DNA from: Eledone cirrhosa | Lineage: Eukaryota | DNA: 64,000 nucleotides | Direction of reading: 5' to 3' | NCBI GenBank assembly: GCA_964016885.1 | Contig: OZ024740.1 | Span: forward strand, 298,158,001-298,222,000 | Part shown: positions 24,186 to 39,222 of the stretch, in pieces | How the letters are laid out: each line of letters starts with the position of its first letter | Numbering within the stretch: the first letter of the stretch is position 1 | Translations under genes and position numbers: made by a program | The notes under the pieces: model-generated | The model's database searches: none | The model's input: the letters and a program-made list of their open reading frames with translations, nothing else | Told to the model about the DNA's origin: nothing

Positions 24186-25556
24186 GACTCACTTTTTAGC
24201 CTTAATATAAATGAATATATACATATATATATAAGAGAGAGACAGATGTAAAATCTCGACCACAGTACCAAGCGGTTTCGGCTGATAAAAATAACCAGGA
24301 TTTAATTACATTAAATTATTTAATTGATTTACAAAAGTTTCTATCAATACAGTAAGAAATTCCATTTTTTTCCTTTGTACTGACTTCCTCAGAATCTATT
24401 AAGCAATACAAATAACATGATTACCAATGTTGTCCAAACATCTATTCCGAAAACCATATATATATCATCATCCTCATCATCATCATCATCATTTTATGTC
24501 CACTTTTCCCTGCTTGCAAGGGTGGGACGGATCCTATTCAGCACAGCATATATATTGACAAGGTCCACCCCACTCGGTAGGTCTGAAATCTTGTCAATCG
24601 ATCAGAACGATATATATATATCACAATTTTAACATTGACTCAAGGATATATCATGCTGTTGTTGTGGTTATGACGATGTCATTATACAACATAGCTGCCT
24701 TGATCATTTCTATCTTCTCTGAAGACACCAATATGAACAAAATTAATCCTGAATTACTGATTTTACTCCCTACACTTCTTGGACCTGGCTGAGGGGAAAA
24801 TATCATGTCCGTTGTGCATTGCAATGCTCAAAATCTCTGCTCTGGGGAAGTATGGTGTAGGCAATGAAATGTGGGAGATGATTGATGAGAATACGACTGA
24901 AGATCTTCTCACAATTATATATAAGGAATGCATAACTCTGTCCCTATAAGAGTGGGGTTGTATCTAGATATTTGTGTGCATATCAGTAATTTGGTCTGTG
25001 ATGGAGTTCTTTTTCTTTTAAACCTATAACTCCTGAGGGAGTCATAATGGTGCAATAGTGTCATACAGCATTTCTTGGACATTTTTTAAACCTGGCAGGA
25101 ATCCATCTCCTCTACAGGTCTGAGCTGATTTCTTCCAGTGAACAAAGGAAGTGAGAAAGAGTTATAGAGGAAGAATCCATCACAGCATTTGACTGGTACT
25201 CTTTTTTTTTATTGACCTTGAATGAAAGGCTAAGTTGACCATGACAGAATTTTAACTCATGAGAGCAGAGAGCTGGAATTAATACCACATTAATATCCAA
25301 CATTTTAATGGAATTAATATCCAACATTCTAATGACTCTGCCAGTGTCTATATTTTCATATGCATGTCATATATATGACATGCATATGAATCTTATATAT
25401 CTCATCGTTTTTACATATACTTTTCTATGCTGGGTTGGATGGGATGTTTTGACACAATGTTTAGCCACTCCTGATGCTATTCTTTTAGCGACCTCTTACA
25501 ACACACCGGGATACAACTATCTATTTTAAAAACTGTATGTATGTATATATATATAT

Positions 25557-26203
25557 CATCATTATCATCATCACCATCACCATTTAATGTCCATTGTTTC
25601 ACACTAGCATGGGTTAGACGAGTTGTACAAATGTGAGCCAAACCAGATCAGATGACCATATCTTGCTCACACTAGACAGATTTTGGCTTGGTTTCTACAG
25701 TTAGATGCCCTTCTCCTAATGCCAACCACATTTACAGTGTGTACTGGGTGCATTTTATTGTGGCACCAAAATGACCACTTTACAGTGTAGACTGGGTGCT
25801 TTTTGTGATGACACCTGCACAACCACTTTACAGCATGGGCTGGATGTTTTTTTTTGTGACACCTACAAGACAACTTTACAGTGTGGACTGAGCATTGGCC
25901 TTACAATCGAAAGGTTGTGAGTTCAATTCTCAGACCGGGTGATGTGTTGTTTCCTTGAGCAAGACACTTTATTTCACATTGCTCCAGTTTACTCAGCTGT
26001 AGAAATGAGATGATTGGGACTAGGGTCCCTATCATTCCACTGCAAAGTGGTCGTGTAGGTGCCACGGCAAAAAAAGCACTCAGCACTCACTGTAAATGAG
26101 GTTGGTGTTAGGAAGGGCATCCAGCTGTAGAAATCAAGCCAGAATCAGTTCCAGAACCACCCTTGCAAGCAGGGAAAAGCAGACGTAAAATGATGATGAT
26201 GAT
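25557..26203. mobile_element. Head-to-head pair of SINE A copies
   Basis: 25557-25890 is on - with internal ~43-bp repeats; 25890-26203 is on + with a B-box and (GAT)n tail. Confidence 0.8.
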
Positions 26204-28049
26204 AGGTGCTTGAGTAGATATACAAATATACTAAATAAATTCTTTCTTCAGAATATTATGAGCAAGTGTTTAAACTCCTTGAAAATTCCTGTCAAATAAA
26301 AAGCATTATGCTTTATTATTCATTACTAACAGAGGCTAACTTCATTTTTATAATAAAAAAAATAAAAAAAATAAAAAACTTTGGCACTTATATGATTTAA
26401 CAAAACAAGACAAATATGCACATTTTGAAAGCCAATGAAATTCTGTGTGTAATAGATTGTTTATTGTTTTCTTGGTCCAGCTGTCAAAAAATCCTAGTAT
26501 TTTTGGTATTCAATTTAATTTTATTCATAGCCATAAATATTCATTATACTTAAGGATGAATGAAAGCTTGTGCTTAGAAGTTTTCCCAAATAATGAATGT
26601 ACAAAACATTTGAGACATCCTCTTTCAAAAGGTAAAGAAAGAAGCCGATCATGAGAACAGACTAAGTAACCAAATTTTACATTGGCAACACAATCTGCTT
26701 GTCACAACTCATTTTGGACTTCTTTTAAAAAGTATTGAAAGAAGCCGATCATGAAATCAGATTAAGGAAACAATTTTAACATTAGTTTTTTCCATTGCTG
26801 ATACTATCTACTGGTCACAACCCTAAGTAGAAGGTCAGATTTAAACTCTGAATGCACAGATCCAGATTAGATACTGCAAAGCATTGCATCTAACTCTTTA
26901 ATAGTTCTGCTAATCCACTGCCCATGAACTGGTACTTTATTTAGCAACCTCAAAGGAGGAAAGGCAAAATTAACTTCAGCAGGATTTGAACTCAGATGGA
27001 AGTGAGTTGAAACAAATACCAAGACAATTAATCCTACACCCTAATAATAACTCTGCCAATCTGCTGCTTATCTTCCTTCAGACATAAAACCATAATAGCT
27101 ACCTATCATTGATGGTACTCCATCAGTAGTACGTGCAACAAAATTGTTCAAGGTGTATTATTTTTGGCAAAATACGATTTCCCAATAGTAAGTATTAATA
27201 ATGCTTTTATATCTGTAATAAGATTTAGTCTTTTTGTTACCATATTTCTAATGAAAAACACTGCCTATGATTTTTAAATAATCTTGAAAATAATCAAAAA
27301 TTTGAAGAGCCTCAGTAATTTAACCAACTTTCTCATTAAGTTGGTATTTTCAAACATGACAAAGGTTCTTACATAAGATTATGATGAAAGGCTTTTAGAT
27401 AAATATAAACACTTAGAATAAACAACTTTGCATTATAAAACCAGGTTTGGTTTAGTATAAAAAGATTTAAAGCGAATTACATTTCTTCTTGTAATATACT
27501 GCTTTCATCCAACTGCATAGAAAATGTTGTTATGGAGACTTGCTATAAGTATATTTTCATTGTTAACTGAAACTGTCAATGCATCATTTTACTGTATTAT
27601 TGGTATGGAGTATTGTTATCATCTATGATATAGGTTAGATGGGTTGTCATGATCAAAGACCATACAAGTTGAAGCAATCTCATCTTGCTCATTATATTCC
27701 AGATTTAGCATAGTCTCTATGGCTGGATGCTCTTCCTCGTGTTAACCATTTTACAAAATGCACTGGATGTACTTTTTGTGGCACCTGCATCACCTCTTTA
27801 TAGGATGTACTGAATACATTTTATTATGGCACCAGCACTAAAGACTATACATACATGCTTATCCGGATAAAAGAATCCTCTCAAACTGTATATTGTCTGT
27901 TTGATTGCCAAACACTGTAACCTCGGCGATCTCACCACATTTAATTTTAGTGTCATAGTGCTTGTACTAGTGGATGAATCTTTTGTTTATAATTTCAGTT
28001 AGAAACTGATGCATTGCTGTTGATATAAATTTTTTGACAGAAGATATTA

Positions 28050-28400
28050 CTAATGTTATGGCTTTTACTACAGTCAATCCTCTTGTTTTCTTTTTTTAAT
28101 TTTGTTTCTTGAATGATACCCTTATTGAATAATGTTCTGTTGTTGTTTTTTTAAATCTTTTATACACTTCTTAAAAATCTTCAATAGGCATGCCTTTCTC
28201 TTTTGGGTATTTTGCAACAAGGTGTTCTTGCAATCAAGTAGGTTTCATAGCGTTGTTGGAAAATGTTTCATGGCACAGTAAACGCATTGGAAATTATTTG
28301 TAATAGATTCAATGAAACCTGTCTTCAGATATTATGATAAAACCCACAAGCATATTTCTTTTTGAGACATGGCTTTTATAGTTTTTGCATAAATTATTTA
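28050..28400 (-). mobile_element. hAT Buster/Charlie transposase N-terminal (BED zinc-finger) remnant
   Basis: Minus strand reads YLKTGFIES...PMRLLCHETFSNNAMKPT*LQEHLVAKYPKEK, matching the YLxxGF...C..C...SNxxMKPSxLxxHL pattern. Confidence 0.65.
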
Positions 28401-28479
28401 AAAGTCACAAGATAAAAATCAAATCACATGAAGAGCAATAGAACATATATGTGTATGTGATTTACCTTATATAAACATG

Positions 28480-29472
28480 ATTTATTGGTACATGTAGAGA
28501 TTGAATGGAAGGAAGAGAGACTACCCCCAACTTAACTAACAGAAGGACCAACTATTGAACTTGACAGTTATAGAGTCAAAGAAGTAATGAAAGAAATGAA
28601 GAATGGTAAAACTGTGGGGCCGTCAGAAGTAATTACTGAGATGCTAAAAGCATCAGGAGAAGTAGGAGTTGAATTAGTAACCCGCATAGTCAATCATGTA
28701 ATTCAGGATGGAGTCATACCCAATGACTGACGCAACAGTACAATCATAAATTGCTACAAGGGCAATTGTTATGCTCTAGAAATGAGCAATTACAGAAGAA
28801 TGAAATTAATTGACCAAGTTATGAATGTGACAGAAAGAATTATAGCGCAGATAATTAGGGAAAGAGTCAAATTAGATGGGATACAGTTTGGTTTCATGCT
28901 TGGAAAAGGTTCTACAGATTCCCTCTTCTTAGTGAGGTAGAGGAGTTTCTAGCCAAGAATAAGCCATTATATTTAGCTTCTGTTGATCTAGAAAAGGCCT
29001 ATGACAGAGTACCTCGATCTATTATCTGGTGGTCCTTAAGGAAATTAGGTGTAGAATAATGGCTTATGAGAGCAGTGCAAGCCATGTACAGAGGAGCTGT
29101 TAGTAAAGTGAGAGTAGGAAGCAACTTTAGTAACAAAAACAAGGTATAGGTTGGAGTTCAAGTTTTGGTTCTTAGCCTATGGCTTCATCAAATTTCTCCA
29201 GGCCATAACAGAGGAGTTTAAAACTGGCTGTCCATGGGAACTTTTCTATGCAGAAGATTTGGTCCTTATAGCCAAATCCATAAAAGAACTAGAAAATATG
29301 TTCCAATAAGAAAGACCTGGGCAGAGGTGGTGAGGGCTGACCTCAAATCGCTAAGACTCACAAAGGAGTTGATTAAGGAACGCAATGAGTGGAGACATGC
29401 TGTGCTGAGAAAGACACGTCCAACCTACGCAAGTGTGGAAAAGGGGACATAAAAATGATGATGATGATGATG
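28480..29472 (+). mobile_element. Degenerate, internally deleted RTE family 1 LINE
   Basis: EGPTIELD...KEMKNGK..GP, DLEKAYDRVPR, LLYAEDLVLIA, then a jump near 29300 to RKTWAEVVRADL; (GAT)n tail. Confidence 0.85.
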
Positions 29473-31567
29473 ATATCTTGTTTGACTTAGTTCTACTTTG
29501 ATTTTGATCTTATTGACAGTCTATGTGCTCTAACCTCAATTGTACAGATTTTCTGTTGTGTGTTTTTGACATGGAAAGTCACAGTTTTAATATCTAGTGA
29601 CCACAAGAGGATTAGTCTAATAGTGTAGTTGAACAATGACTTGCTCATTTCTATACCACGATAACTATAATAGTTATTATATATGAAAGCATATACAATA
29701 TGTTTATGTATAATAAATATGGACAGCATGGCCAAATGGTAAAGTAGTTTGCTTTGCAATGATTAGGTCTCAGATTCAGTCCCACTGCAGGATATCTTGG
29801 ACAAGTGTCATTTACCATAACTTTGGGTGGACCCATGCTTTGTGATTAAAATTGGGTGGATGTAAATTGTTTGGAAGCTTGTCAGATGAATTGTACCTAT
29901 AATTCAAAGGATCAGATCATGTCACAGCTAGTTCAGTAACCATTTGAGAATGCTAAATACTAGTATTTCAGGATTTTTATCCATCTTACTCACTTGATAC
30001 TGAGACAAAATAAAATGATAGCTTATTGTGATTTTGGCAAAAATTACATTTATGGCAATGCTCATTTGCATATAGTCAAGCTTGACAGGCTGGTATTAAT
30101 TTGCAGTAACGCTAACACAGTGTGCTTCAGAATAGAGCATATACAGCTCTGTTGTGTATCACACTGTTCCTGCTACTGCATACCATTACAACCATGATCT
30201 ATTTAACTCTGTACAGTTCTCTGTTTACTGATCCTACGTGTAAATCTCTTCAGAACTATAGACACATGTCACTTCTGTTAAGGTCCATGGTAGCTACTGT
30301 TAGTGTAACATTATCGTGGAGATTATTTTAAGGAAATTATAAAATTGCAAAGATCTTTGACGTGGGTGCGATGACCAAGTATTTGATATTGTTTAAGACT
30401 GAGAAGCATTTGTATTGGCTATTTTTAACATTTTATCAGTGCTTTAAGTCTTTTAACCACCATTTACCATGTAAACATGTGTAGTATTTAACACAAAATG
30501 TAAACTTACTGCACAAAATTAGATTTAGAACTACACAAAGATGTGTGCAGTTCTAATGTTTCCTTAAAATAACCTATAATGTAGATAACATGTTTGTCTC
30601 TGTCTATCTGTATCTCCCCCACTCCACTCTCTCTCTCTCTCTATCCTGGTTATATTAATGAAAGACTATATGTGTAATCTCGTAACTCCCAAGGGAGTCA
30701 TAGGGGTGCCATATTGACATACAGTATTTCTATTGACTTTTTTTAAACCTGGCAGAGCCCATATCCTCTCCAGGTTTGAATACTGCAAATTTCTTCCAGA
30801 GAAGGATAGAGAGTGAGAGAATGGAAGTGAGAAAAAGATATAGAGGAAAGATCGGCCCCAGTGCTAGACTGGTACCTTTTTATCAACCAAATAGATGAAA
30901 GCCAGCTTAACAACAGATGCAAAACCAGCATTGATGCCACCAAAACAGATTGCTAACACTCTCAAACCAAAAGCTGCTCGGTCATGCACATACATGTTTT
31001 ATGTCTGTCAATAAAAGAACCTATTTTTTAGTTTTCTCAAAAGATCACTGATCAGCTTGTCGATATCATGCTTGTTGTTGTTGTTTTGAGTGTGTGTTTT
31101 TTGTTACAATTATGGTTATTATATTTGTTGCAAGTTTTTGTGCTAAAACATATTTTTACCTTATTTTCGGGCATATGTATATATATATATATACATACAT
31201 ACTCACACATACACACATGCATATTCAATGAACCAGGGGTTGGCTTCTAACCAACATGAAATGTTATAAAATAAATATATAACTGTGAGGATACACTTCA
31301 ACTCACTTGATAGGACTTTGTTTTTGGTTCCATAGACTTTTAGGCCAACCACACAAGCCCACCTGGAATGAGCTAGAGATATGGTCAAGAGTTAAAGGTT
31401 GGAAAATAAGAATGCTATTCAGCTGTAAAGCCCCATATGTTCTGATGGAATGTAAACACAACAGCTTGATATGAAAACAACATTTTCATTCATGCTAGTA
31501 GAGTTGTAAAATTTTTTCACATCTCCTAAACTAACTGATTATTCTTTGTTGGATTTCAGAGACAAAA

Positions 31568-31886
31568 ATGGAAAATGAAAAAGAAAAACAGAATCTTATT
31601 TTACAGAGCACCGGGGAAAATGATACCCAGGTGGTTATTCATAGACCACTCTACTCCCAGGCGAAGTTTGATGATGGATTTGAGGGTGGAAAACGGCCAA
31701 ACCCAACTGTCAAAGAAACCATCAAGCAAGAAGCGGAAAGCTGTAAGTGCTCAACTAACTGCTTCACCAAATTCATCATTCAACTGTTTCCTTTCCTCAC
31801 TATAATGAGGAATTATAGCCTACGCCATGATCTTTTCAGTGACATTGTTGCTGGTCTCACTGTTGGAATAATGCATGTTCCTCAAG
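31568..31886 (+). CDS. SLC26A5-like: SLC26/SulP anion transporter (prestin/pendrin-like), coding exon 1
   Basis: MENEK...LFPFLTIMRNYSLRHDLFSDIVAGLTVGIMHVPQG; acceptor tttcag|31560 just upstream of the ATG; donor G|GTATTT, phase 1. Confidence 0.92.
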
Positions 31887-34800
31887 GTATTTCACACATT
31901 CTCCTTTTGTTGTTATTGATTTGTTTTGTTTTTGTTTTGTTTCTCTTTTCTAATGAATCTTGTTATTGTGATTTGAAAATACAATCGGCACAATGCAGAT
32001 AACTAAATAGTTGATGACTATAGATAATAGTAGAATAAAGCGAGTCAAGTACTCCTGGAGATGGAAAAAATTGGTCAGAGACACCTGCAAGGAATTTCTT
32101 AGATATGCCTCTAGGAATACAGTACTCAAATTATTCAACTATTATTATAGTTATCTGCATTGTTTGAACTATATTTTCAAATTTCAGTTTTCCCAATGCT
32201 TTGTAATTACATCTTGTTGTTATTTTTCATTCATCTTTTACGTTATCATTAATAAGTTGCGTCCCTTTATGTTGTGAGTTCAAAATCCCACCGAGGTTAA
32301 CTTTACCTTTCATCCTTAAAGATGAAATAAAATAAAGTATTAGTAACACACTGGGGTCGATTTCCCATTCCCTTCACATCTCTGGCTTTGTGCCAAGAAT
32401 AAAAACTATTATTATAATCAATGATGTCTGCAGTAGAAATGTTACACAAGGTTACAGCTCATGTATAAAGTATCATATAAAAATTAAAATCCCTCACAGT
32501 ATAGTGGTAGGTCTAATACACCACTTAGCTTAACACTAACACTTGGTCTTTTAGTAACACTAATACTTGGTTGTTTAGTAACACTAACATTTGATCTTTC
32601 AACGATTATCTTGCAGTTGACCTCTGCTTGTGTAGTTCTAAATCTAATTTTGTACACTAAGTTTATATTTTGTGTCAAATACTACAGGCAGTGACATAGT
32701 AAAACACTCATAAAATATTAAAAATATTCATTCAAATATTTCTAGGCCTCAGAGAATATCGAACACTGGGTTATGGCACTTGTCTTAAAGGTGGTTGGCA
32801 TTAGGAAGGGCATCCAACCATAGAAATCAGGCTAAATATGGAATGTAAGAATAAGATGAGGTCTCTTATGCTTGTCCGGTCTTGAACTGTGACAATCCAT
32901 GCCAGTGTGGAAATCATCGTTTTTACGTCCACTTTCCCATGCTTGCATGGGTTGGATGAGTCCTCCTCAGCGCAGCATGACTCCACATATTGTGATCCTT
33001 CGTCATTGCCTCTGTGAGTCTCGGTGATTTGAGATCAGTTCTCACAACCTCTGCCTAGGCCTTTCTTTGTCTATCTCTACTGTGGCTTCCTTCCACTGGC
33101 ATTTCCTGAAACTTCTCCACCCAATGATCTTTGTAAAGCAGACATAAAATAATGATGAACAAAATATGTTTAGACTTGGGAATTAAAAACTTGTAGTCCC
33201 AAATATGGAATTTGACTACTAAATTGAGCAAACCAAACATTAACATTGAGTAACTGATTTATGTGGTCACTATTTTAAAGACAGTATTGAGCGAGGTTGA
33301 CTTTGCCTTTCATCCTTACGGGGTCGATAAAATAAAGTACCAGTAATGCACTGGGTAATTGCTGGCCTTGTGCCTAAAGTAGAAACAAGTATTGAGTTTG
33401 TTGAGCAGTTTCAGGGACTATATAGAAACTCCTCTATGGATCTCTATTATTTTTAATATGATAAAGAAAAACACAATTTCCCAACACTCAGGAATTTTGA
33501 CCAATGAATAAGTCAACACTTAATGCCCTGTATGACATGGAACCATATCAGAAAAATATTCTTGGAAAGTACAAAACAGCACTCTGACTGATTCACATTA
33601 AAATTTAAAATCTTTACTTTAGTACAGTTAATACTGACAATGATTTGTCTACTAGTAAAGATACTCTAAACATTTGAATTAAGAAACCTATTTTTAGATA
33701 TTTTCTGCTAGGTGATTACAATAGCAGGATGTTGCCATTATGCAGTGGTACCAACAGCTGTGTTCTTGGAAAGGGTCAATTCAATGACAGCGGGGCTTAT
33801 TGTTAAATTAGCTAACCCTTTTGATACTAATCAACCTGAAACCACCCCTGGTTCTACAAGATTAAATTGTCTGTTTTGAAGTGTTTATATTTATCTAAAA
33901 ACTTTCAATCATAATTTTGTTAAGTTCCAAAAAACTAGCTTAATAAGAAAGTTTATTAATATTACTAAACCTTTCCAAATACTTGATTATTTTCAAAGTT
34001 ATTTGAAACACAAATTGTCTTTCATTAGGCACATGGTGTTGAAAGGGTGTGGTGGTAGTAGTAGCAGTAGTCATGACACTACTTACCGACAGCAACTGTA
34101 GATTTCAAAAACAACTTAACCTAGATATATGCTGGCATGAGTTGGATGGAATTTTTTGAGGCAGTTTTTCTTTGGCCAGATGCCCTTCCTGCTGTCAATC
34201 CATATTTTTAATTTAAGTATAGTATATACTGCATTGCTGACCTTCGTTGAACCACTAACCTGTTAAACATTATTTATGTAGGACAGTAACAAACATCACC
34301 ACTTGCTTTTTTTTTTAAATTGTGTCAATATGAAGATGGATGCAGAACCGGGGTCACACACAGGCATACATATACATATGGTCTTAGTTTTTATCCCACT
34401 GCATGGCACCTTGTCTTATTCAGATATAGGATTAAACAGTTAACTATCTATGTATACATAAACGTTGTTAGTGACAAAGGCAAGAAAGAGTGCTAAATAC
34501 CAGAGGAGTGTAGAGTATAGGTTATTATGTATTATGTCAGTACAGTCAGTAGTGATATGTATACAGTCAGTACATCATCCACTGATTGTAAAATGCATGA
34601 TAAATATATATATATGGTATGGTCTTTAGTGGTTTGATAGTAACAACACTAGTAGTTGCGGTAGTGATCAGATAGTAGTGATATTATTGATTGTGATTAG
34701 TTGGAAGTGGTAGTGGTTTGATGGTAGTTGTGGTAGTGTAATGACAGAGGTGGTGATAGTAGTGTGATATTAGTGACACTAATAATTGTACACTACAACT

Positions 34801-35669
34801 GCTGCCACCACCATCACCACCACTCCTATCAATATGCAGACATTAGCTGTATGTTGACTGTACCACCAGAAAAGTATGAATGATTCTTTCTATCCATGTC
34901 TTAACAGCTTTGTGCAAGCAATTGTCAAGAAATAATTATATAGAATATAAATACACTAAACTAACTTCCACCGACTGCAAAGTGAAGGCCATCATAATAC
35001 AACTTGTTTCTTGTCATGTGATATATATATATACACACATGTTGTCTCTATTATGAAACAACACTTGTACAATGTATAATTAATTAGTTTAACATAGTAC
35101 GGCTGATTAGAGTGAATTATATTAATGACTTTGTTTAGTATCAGGCACAAGAATTCACACTGTCTTCACTATGATCTAGATGATATAGTTATATTTTTAT
35201 TTCAATATATTTATTTATTTTCTCTTAGACTGACAAGTAACTGTGTTATCCTTGTCGTTATTAGAATTAGTTTAGCATATAATTTAGTTGACTTAATTCA
35301 TTGCCTGCTTTAATATCACCACCTTGGTCTTTGGTGTTTTTTTGCAGTCCATTCTATTGCAAGCATTCAAAGTCTCTGGTTTGAGGATGCCTTCCCTCTC
35401 CCTTTCTCCCTTCCACTCTATCTATAGAAAAGGGTCAGGAGCATAGCTCTTCTTTCTTGGCTAAACAATATGATAAAATCCTAATAAAAGGGTTTCTCTG
35501 TTTTAGATACCTCGCAGAGTCCACAAATTTTGACTCCAGGACAAAATTATATGAATGTAATTTTGTCCTACTAGTGTATATATGTATGTAGTAGGCCTTA
35601 TATATATATATCTCCCCATGCATTAAGTACTCCCATGATTAGTGGTCTCTCTGGTCTCAGCACCACAGA

Positions 35670-35728
<59 letters not shown>

Positions 35729-35730
<2 letters not shown>

Positions 35731-35958
35731 AAGGGGTGCTGAAAAGTTCTTGGCTTGATCGCTGCTACAGAGGCTTGGTTGGAAGCCCAAGCTTCTGAGT
35801 TCTTTTTACAGGGCTTAGAAAAACTGAAGGACCGCTGCAATAAGTGTGTGGATCTGAGAGGGGAATATGTTGGATAAAATCATAATTAACTGATAATTAA
35901 CTGATCCTCCAGTATTTTCTTTTACCCAAAGGCAAGAACTTTTTAGCACTCCCTCGTG
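35729..35958 (+). mobile_element. Internally deleted mariner element (MITE)
   Basis: TIRs aggggtgctgaaaagttctt / aagaactttttagcactccct. Interior encodes a mariner C-terminus, LIAATEAWLEAQASEFFLQGLEKLKDRCNKCVDLRGEYVG*. Confidence 0.85.
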
Positions 35959-37259
35959 TATATATATATATAACATATCTATTTAAACATTTGTCATTAT
36001 TATACTTTACATCTCGATAAACAAGATTGCTTTTAATCTAATTTAAAGAAGCTTATAAATATAAATATATAAATACCTTAAATAAGGCACAGATTACCCA
36101 AAGGGAAGATCACAGTAATGTACTTTAAAATAAAGAAACTTCACAAGTATCTCACCCTAGGGATAGATTATGTGTTAAGTGACCTAAAGCTAGAGGGTAT
36201 ATATAAAACATGTATGTATAATACATGTGTCCACACTGTATCTATGTATAATGTGTGTCTGTATATGTATTCTGTTTTTTTATCTGAGAAGAAAGTGTCA
36301 TGTCTAGTTTTTTTAGGCTTTGATGAGATAACAGAAATAATTTGCTGAGATTAGCGTAGTTTAGGATTAGTTTGACTATTGAAACAGCTCCCTCCATTAT
36401 GTTGTTGTACTTAACTTCTTATTGATGCTGCATGTTGTTTATGCCTGATGCTAATACTCTCATTAAACTGATATGTTATTGCACACAATTAGTTGGACTG
36501 GAAACATTATATCTAGTTCTCTATCTCTGCCTGCCTGCTTGGCTGCCTATCTGTTTGTCTATTTAGTTTCATTCACCTCCATGTTTTTTCCATTCTGACA
36601 TGAATTGACCAGTTTTGCAATAAATATATAACCTTGCATCATATCTCGATCTGCAATTGACATAACTAATTTAACCTAACTCTAACTTGGTCTCATATAC
36701 TATCCACCTCCTACATATATTACCCTTTACTGTTACAAATCCATACTTGTCTACTCATCCTGCAAGAATATATCAACATACACTTTTCATATTTAGCAGG
36801 AGGGGGGGGGGGGGTATCTCACTTGTGGTCAGCATTTCTCATGAGTTAATATTTTATATCTTGTGAATACAATTCAAGTTTGTCCATGTTTCACTACCAT
36901 ACACCATCACATATCATATATACACATCTTATATACTCCTTGCCAGTCACTATCCTTATTTCACTAACATGCAGTATCATATATTTTACATACACCATAT
37001 ATGTAATCCTGTTCTATAATCGCTGCCCATGTTTAATTACCATCACCATCACACATTATGCACATCATCCTCTACATTCACTACTCTATGATGCCATACA
37101 CTAAGAGACACCTTACAGAGTCCTCTACTGCTATTCATTACCACAGATCACACAAACATATTGTAAACATATTTCACTATGAAGAAAAGACAGTTATGTA
37201 CTAGATAAATATATAAAAAATGAATTTAGATGAGTGTTGTAGGATGTATGGAATATGTA

Positions 37260-37800
37260 ATTAATTAGCAATGGAGGAGGATGCTCTGAGAGCATAATGT
37301 CTAGATTAAGGATAGAATGGAAAAGGTTCAAAGAGCTACTCCCACTGTTGACTACAAATGTTTCTCCCTATATACAAAAGGACAACTGTATAATGCTTGT
37401 GTGTGAAGTGCAATGCAGAGGACATGTGTAGACTGGAAAGAAATGAAGCAACCACATTTCATTGGATGTGCAATGTAAGTGTGAAAGAGAGGCAGAGCTT
37501 GGACGAGTTGAAGGAGAAGCTGGATTTAAGAGGAATTTGAGGTGGTGTGCAGGAGAGAAGACTGTGTTGGTATGGACATGTAATGTGCATGGACAATGAT
37601 CATTGGATGAAGTGCTAGAAAATGCCAGATGAAGGAAGTCATGGTGGAGGTAGACCATGAAAGACCTGAGCAGAGGTTGTGAGAGCTGACTTCAAATCAC
37701 TGAGACACACAGAGGAGATAACAAAGGATCGCGACGTGTGAAGAGATGCTGTGCTGAGAAGAATCCGTCCAACCTATACAAGCATGGAAGATGATGATGT
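37260..37800 (+). mobile_element. Old RTE family 1 3' fragment
   Basis: Degenerate similarity to the RTE C-terminus (rlcWYGHVM, RPxKTxAEVVRAD) with a gatgatgat tail. Similar remnants at 38440-39015, 42455-42635 and 47798-48160 (-). Confidence 0.7.
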
Positions 37801-39222
37801 AGAAAAGTTGATTTATTTATAGAAGGCTATAACAATGCAAATCAAACATTCAATATCACTAACAATGGTTTCTGATTTAGGCTCAAAGCTAGCAAATTTT
37901 GAAGATGGGATAAGTCAATTCCACTGGCCCAAGTACTTGAGTGATAGTTTATTTTATCAACCACAGAAGGAGGAAAAGGAAAGTTGACTTTTGATGAAAT
38001 TTGAACCCATAGTGCAGTGAGCCAGGACAAATACCACAAAGCATTTTATCCAATACTAATGTGAAATGAAGTGTTTTATCAAGAACACAACACACAACCT
38101 AGCCCAGGAATCGAACCCACGCCATTATGATCGTAAGACCAACACTCTTATCACTAGGTGATGCACCTCCACAATGAAATATTTAATTAGACCTGATATT
38201 TTTGATAAGAGTGATTTATCCCTTTACAAATGCATTAAAAGTACAAAAAGAGATAGAGAGAGATTGCTCTTCCTTTAGTGAGTGATATTTAATAGCTGAT
38301 TTTAAGCAGCATTTACAGAAGTTGATTTGATATCCAACCTTTGCACATTTCTACAATTCTTCAATGGTCACAAAGTTGGCCTGGTTCAAGTGTAAAGATA
38401 GAAGAGTGTTGTACTTTGATGCATTGTTGCCTGAAGAATTGTAAGATATGTAGATAACAGTATAGTTGATAGCTTATGTTACTGAAGTGACCTAATTAGC
38501 CTTGAAGGAGGATGCTTTGAAAGTATAGTAACTAGAATAAGAACAGGGTGGGGAAAGTTCAAAGAGCTGTCAAAAAACGAATTCTATCACTTGTATATGT
38601 AGTCCAATACTGCATAGTAGCAGATACTGGGCATTGAATGTAGAGGATGTATAAAAGCCAGAACGAAATGAAACAAGCATGCTTTGCTGGATGTGTAAGA
38701 TTGGTGTGCATGAATGACAAAGCACAGATGGGTTGAGATTAAAACTGGATATAAGAGGAATTGAATGTTGTGTGCACAAGAGAAGACTATGCTGACATGG
38801 ATATATAATATAAATGAATAATGTCAACTGAGTAAAAAAAATTGCATAGAGGTCAAAGTGGGAGCTGCAGAAGAGGAAATTATGGCAAGAAATTGTGAAA
38901 GCTGATCTCATGATGGTGAAATGCACAAAGGAATGCAGTAAGGACTGAGACACTGTTTTGGAAATTATGTCTCACCCATGCATCCATGTAAGAGCAAACA
39001 TAACACTGGTGATGACGAATGTGTTACATAAGGTTATAGCATTGCAGTTTGAACATTGAATATCAACAATAACAATAACAAATTCATTGAATTGTTACTT
39101 TGGAAATATTTAATTAGTCCTCATATTTTGGGTAAAATAACCTTTTATGAAGGTGTTAAGAGAGAGAAGTTACATGTCCTTTAGGTTGGCTTGCCAATTA
39201 AGTTTCCAATTACACATTTCTT

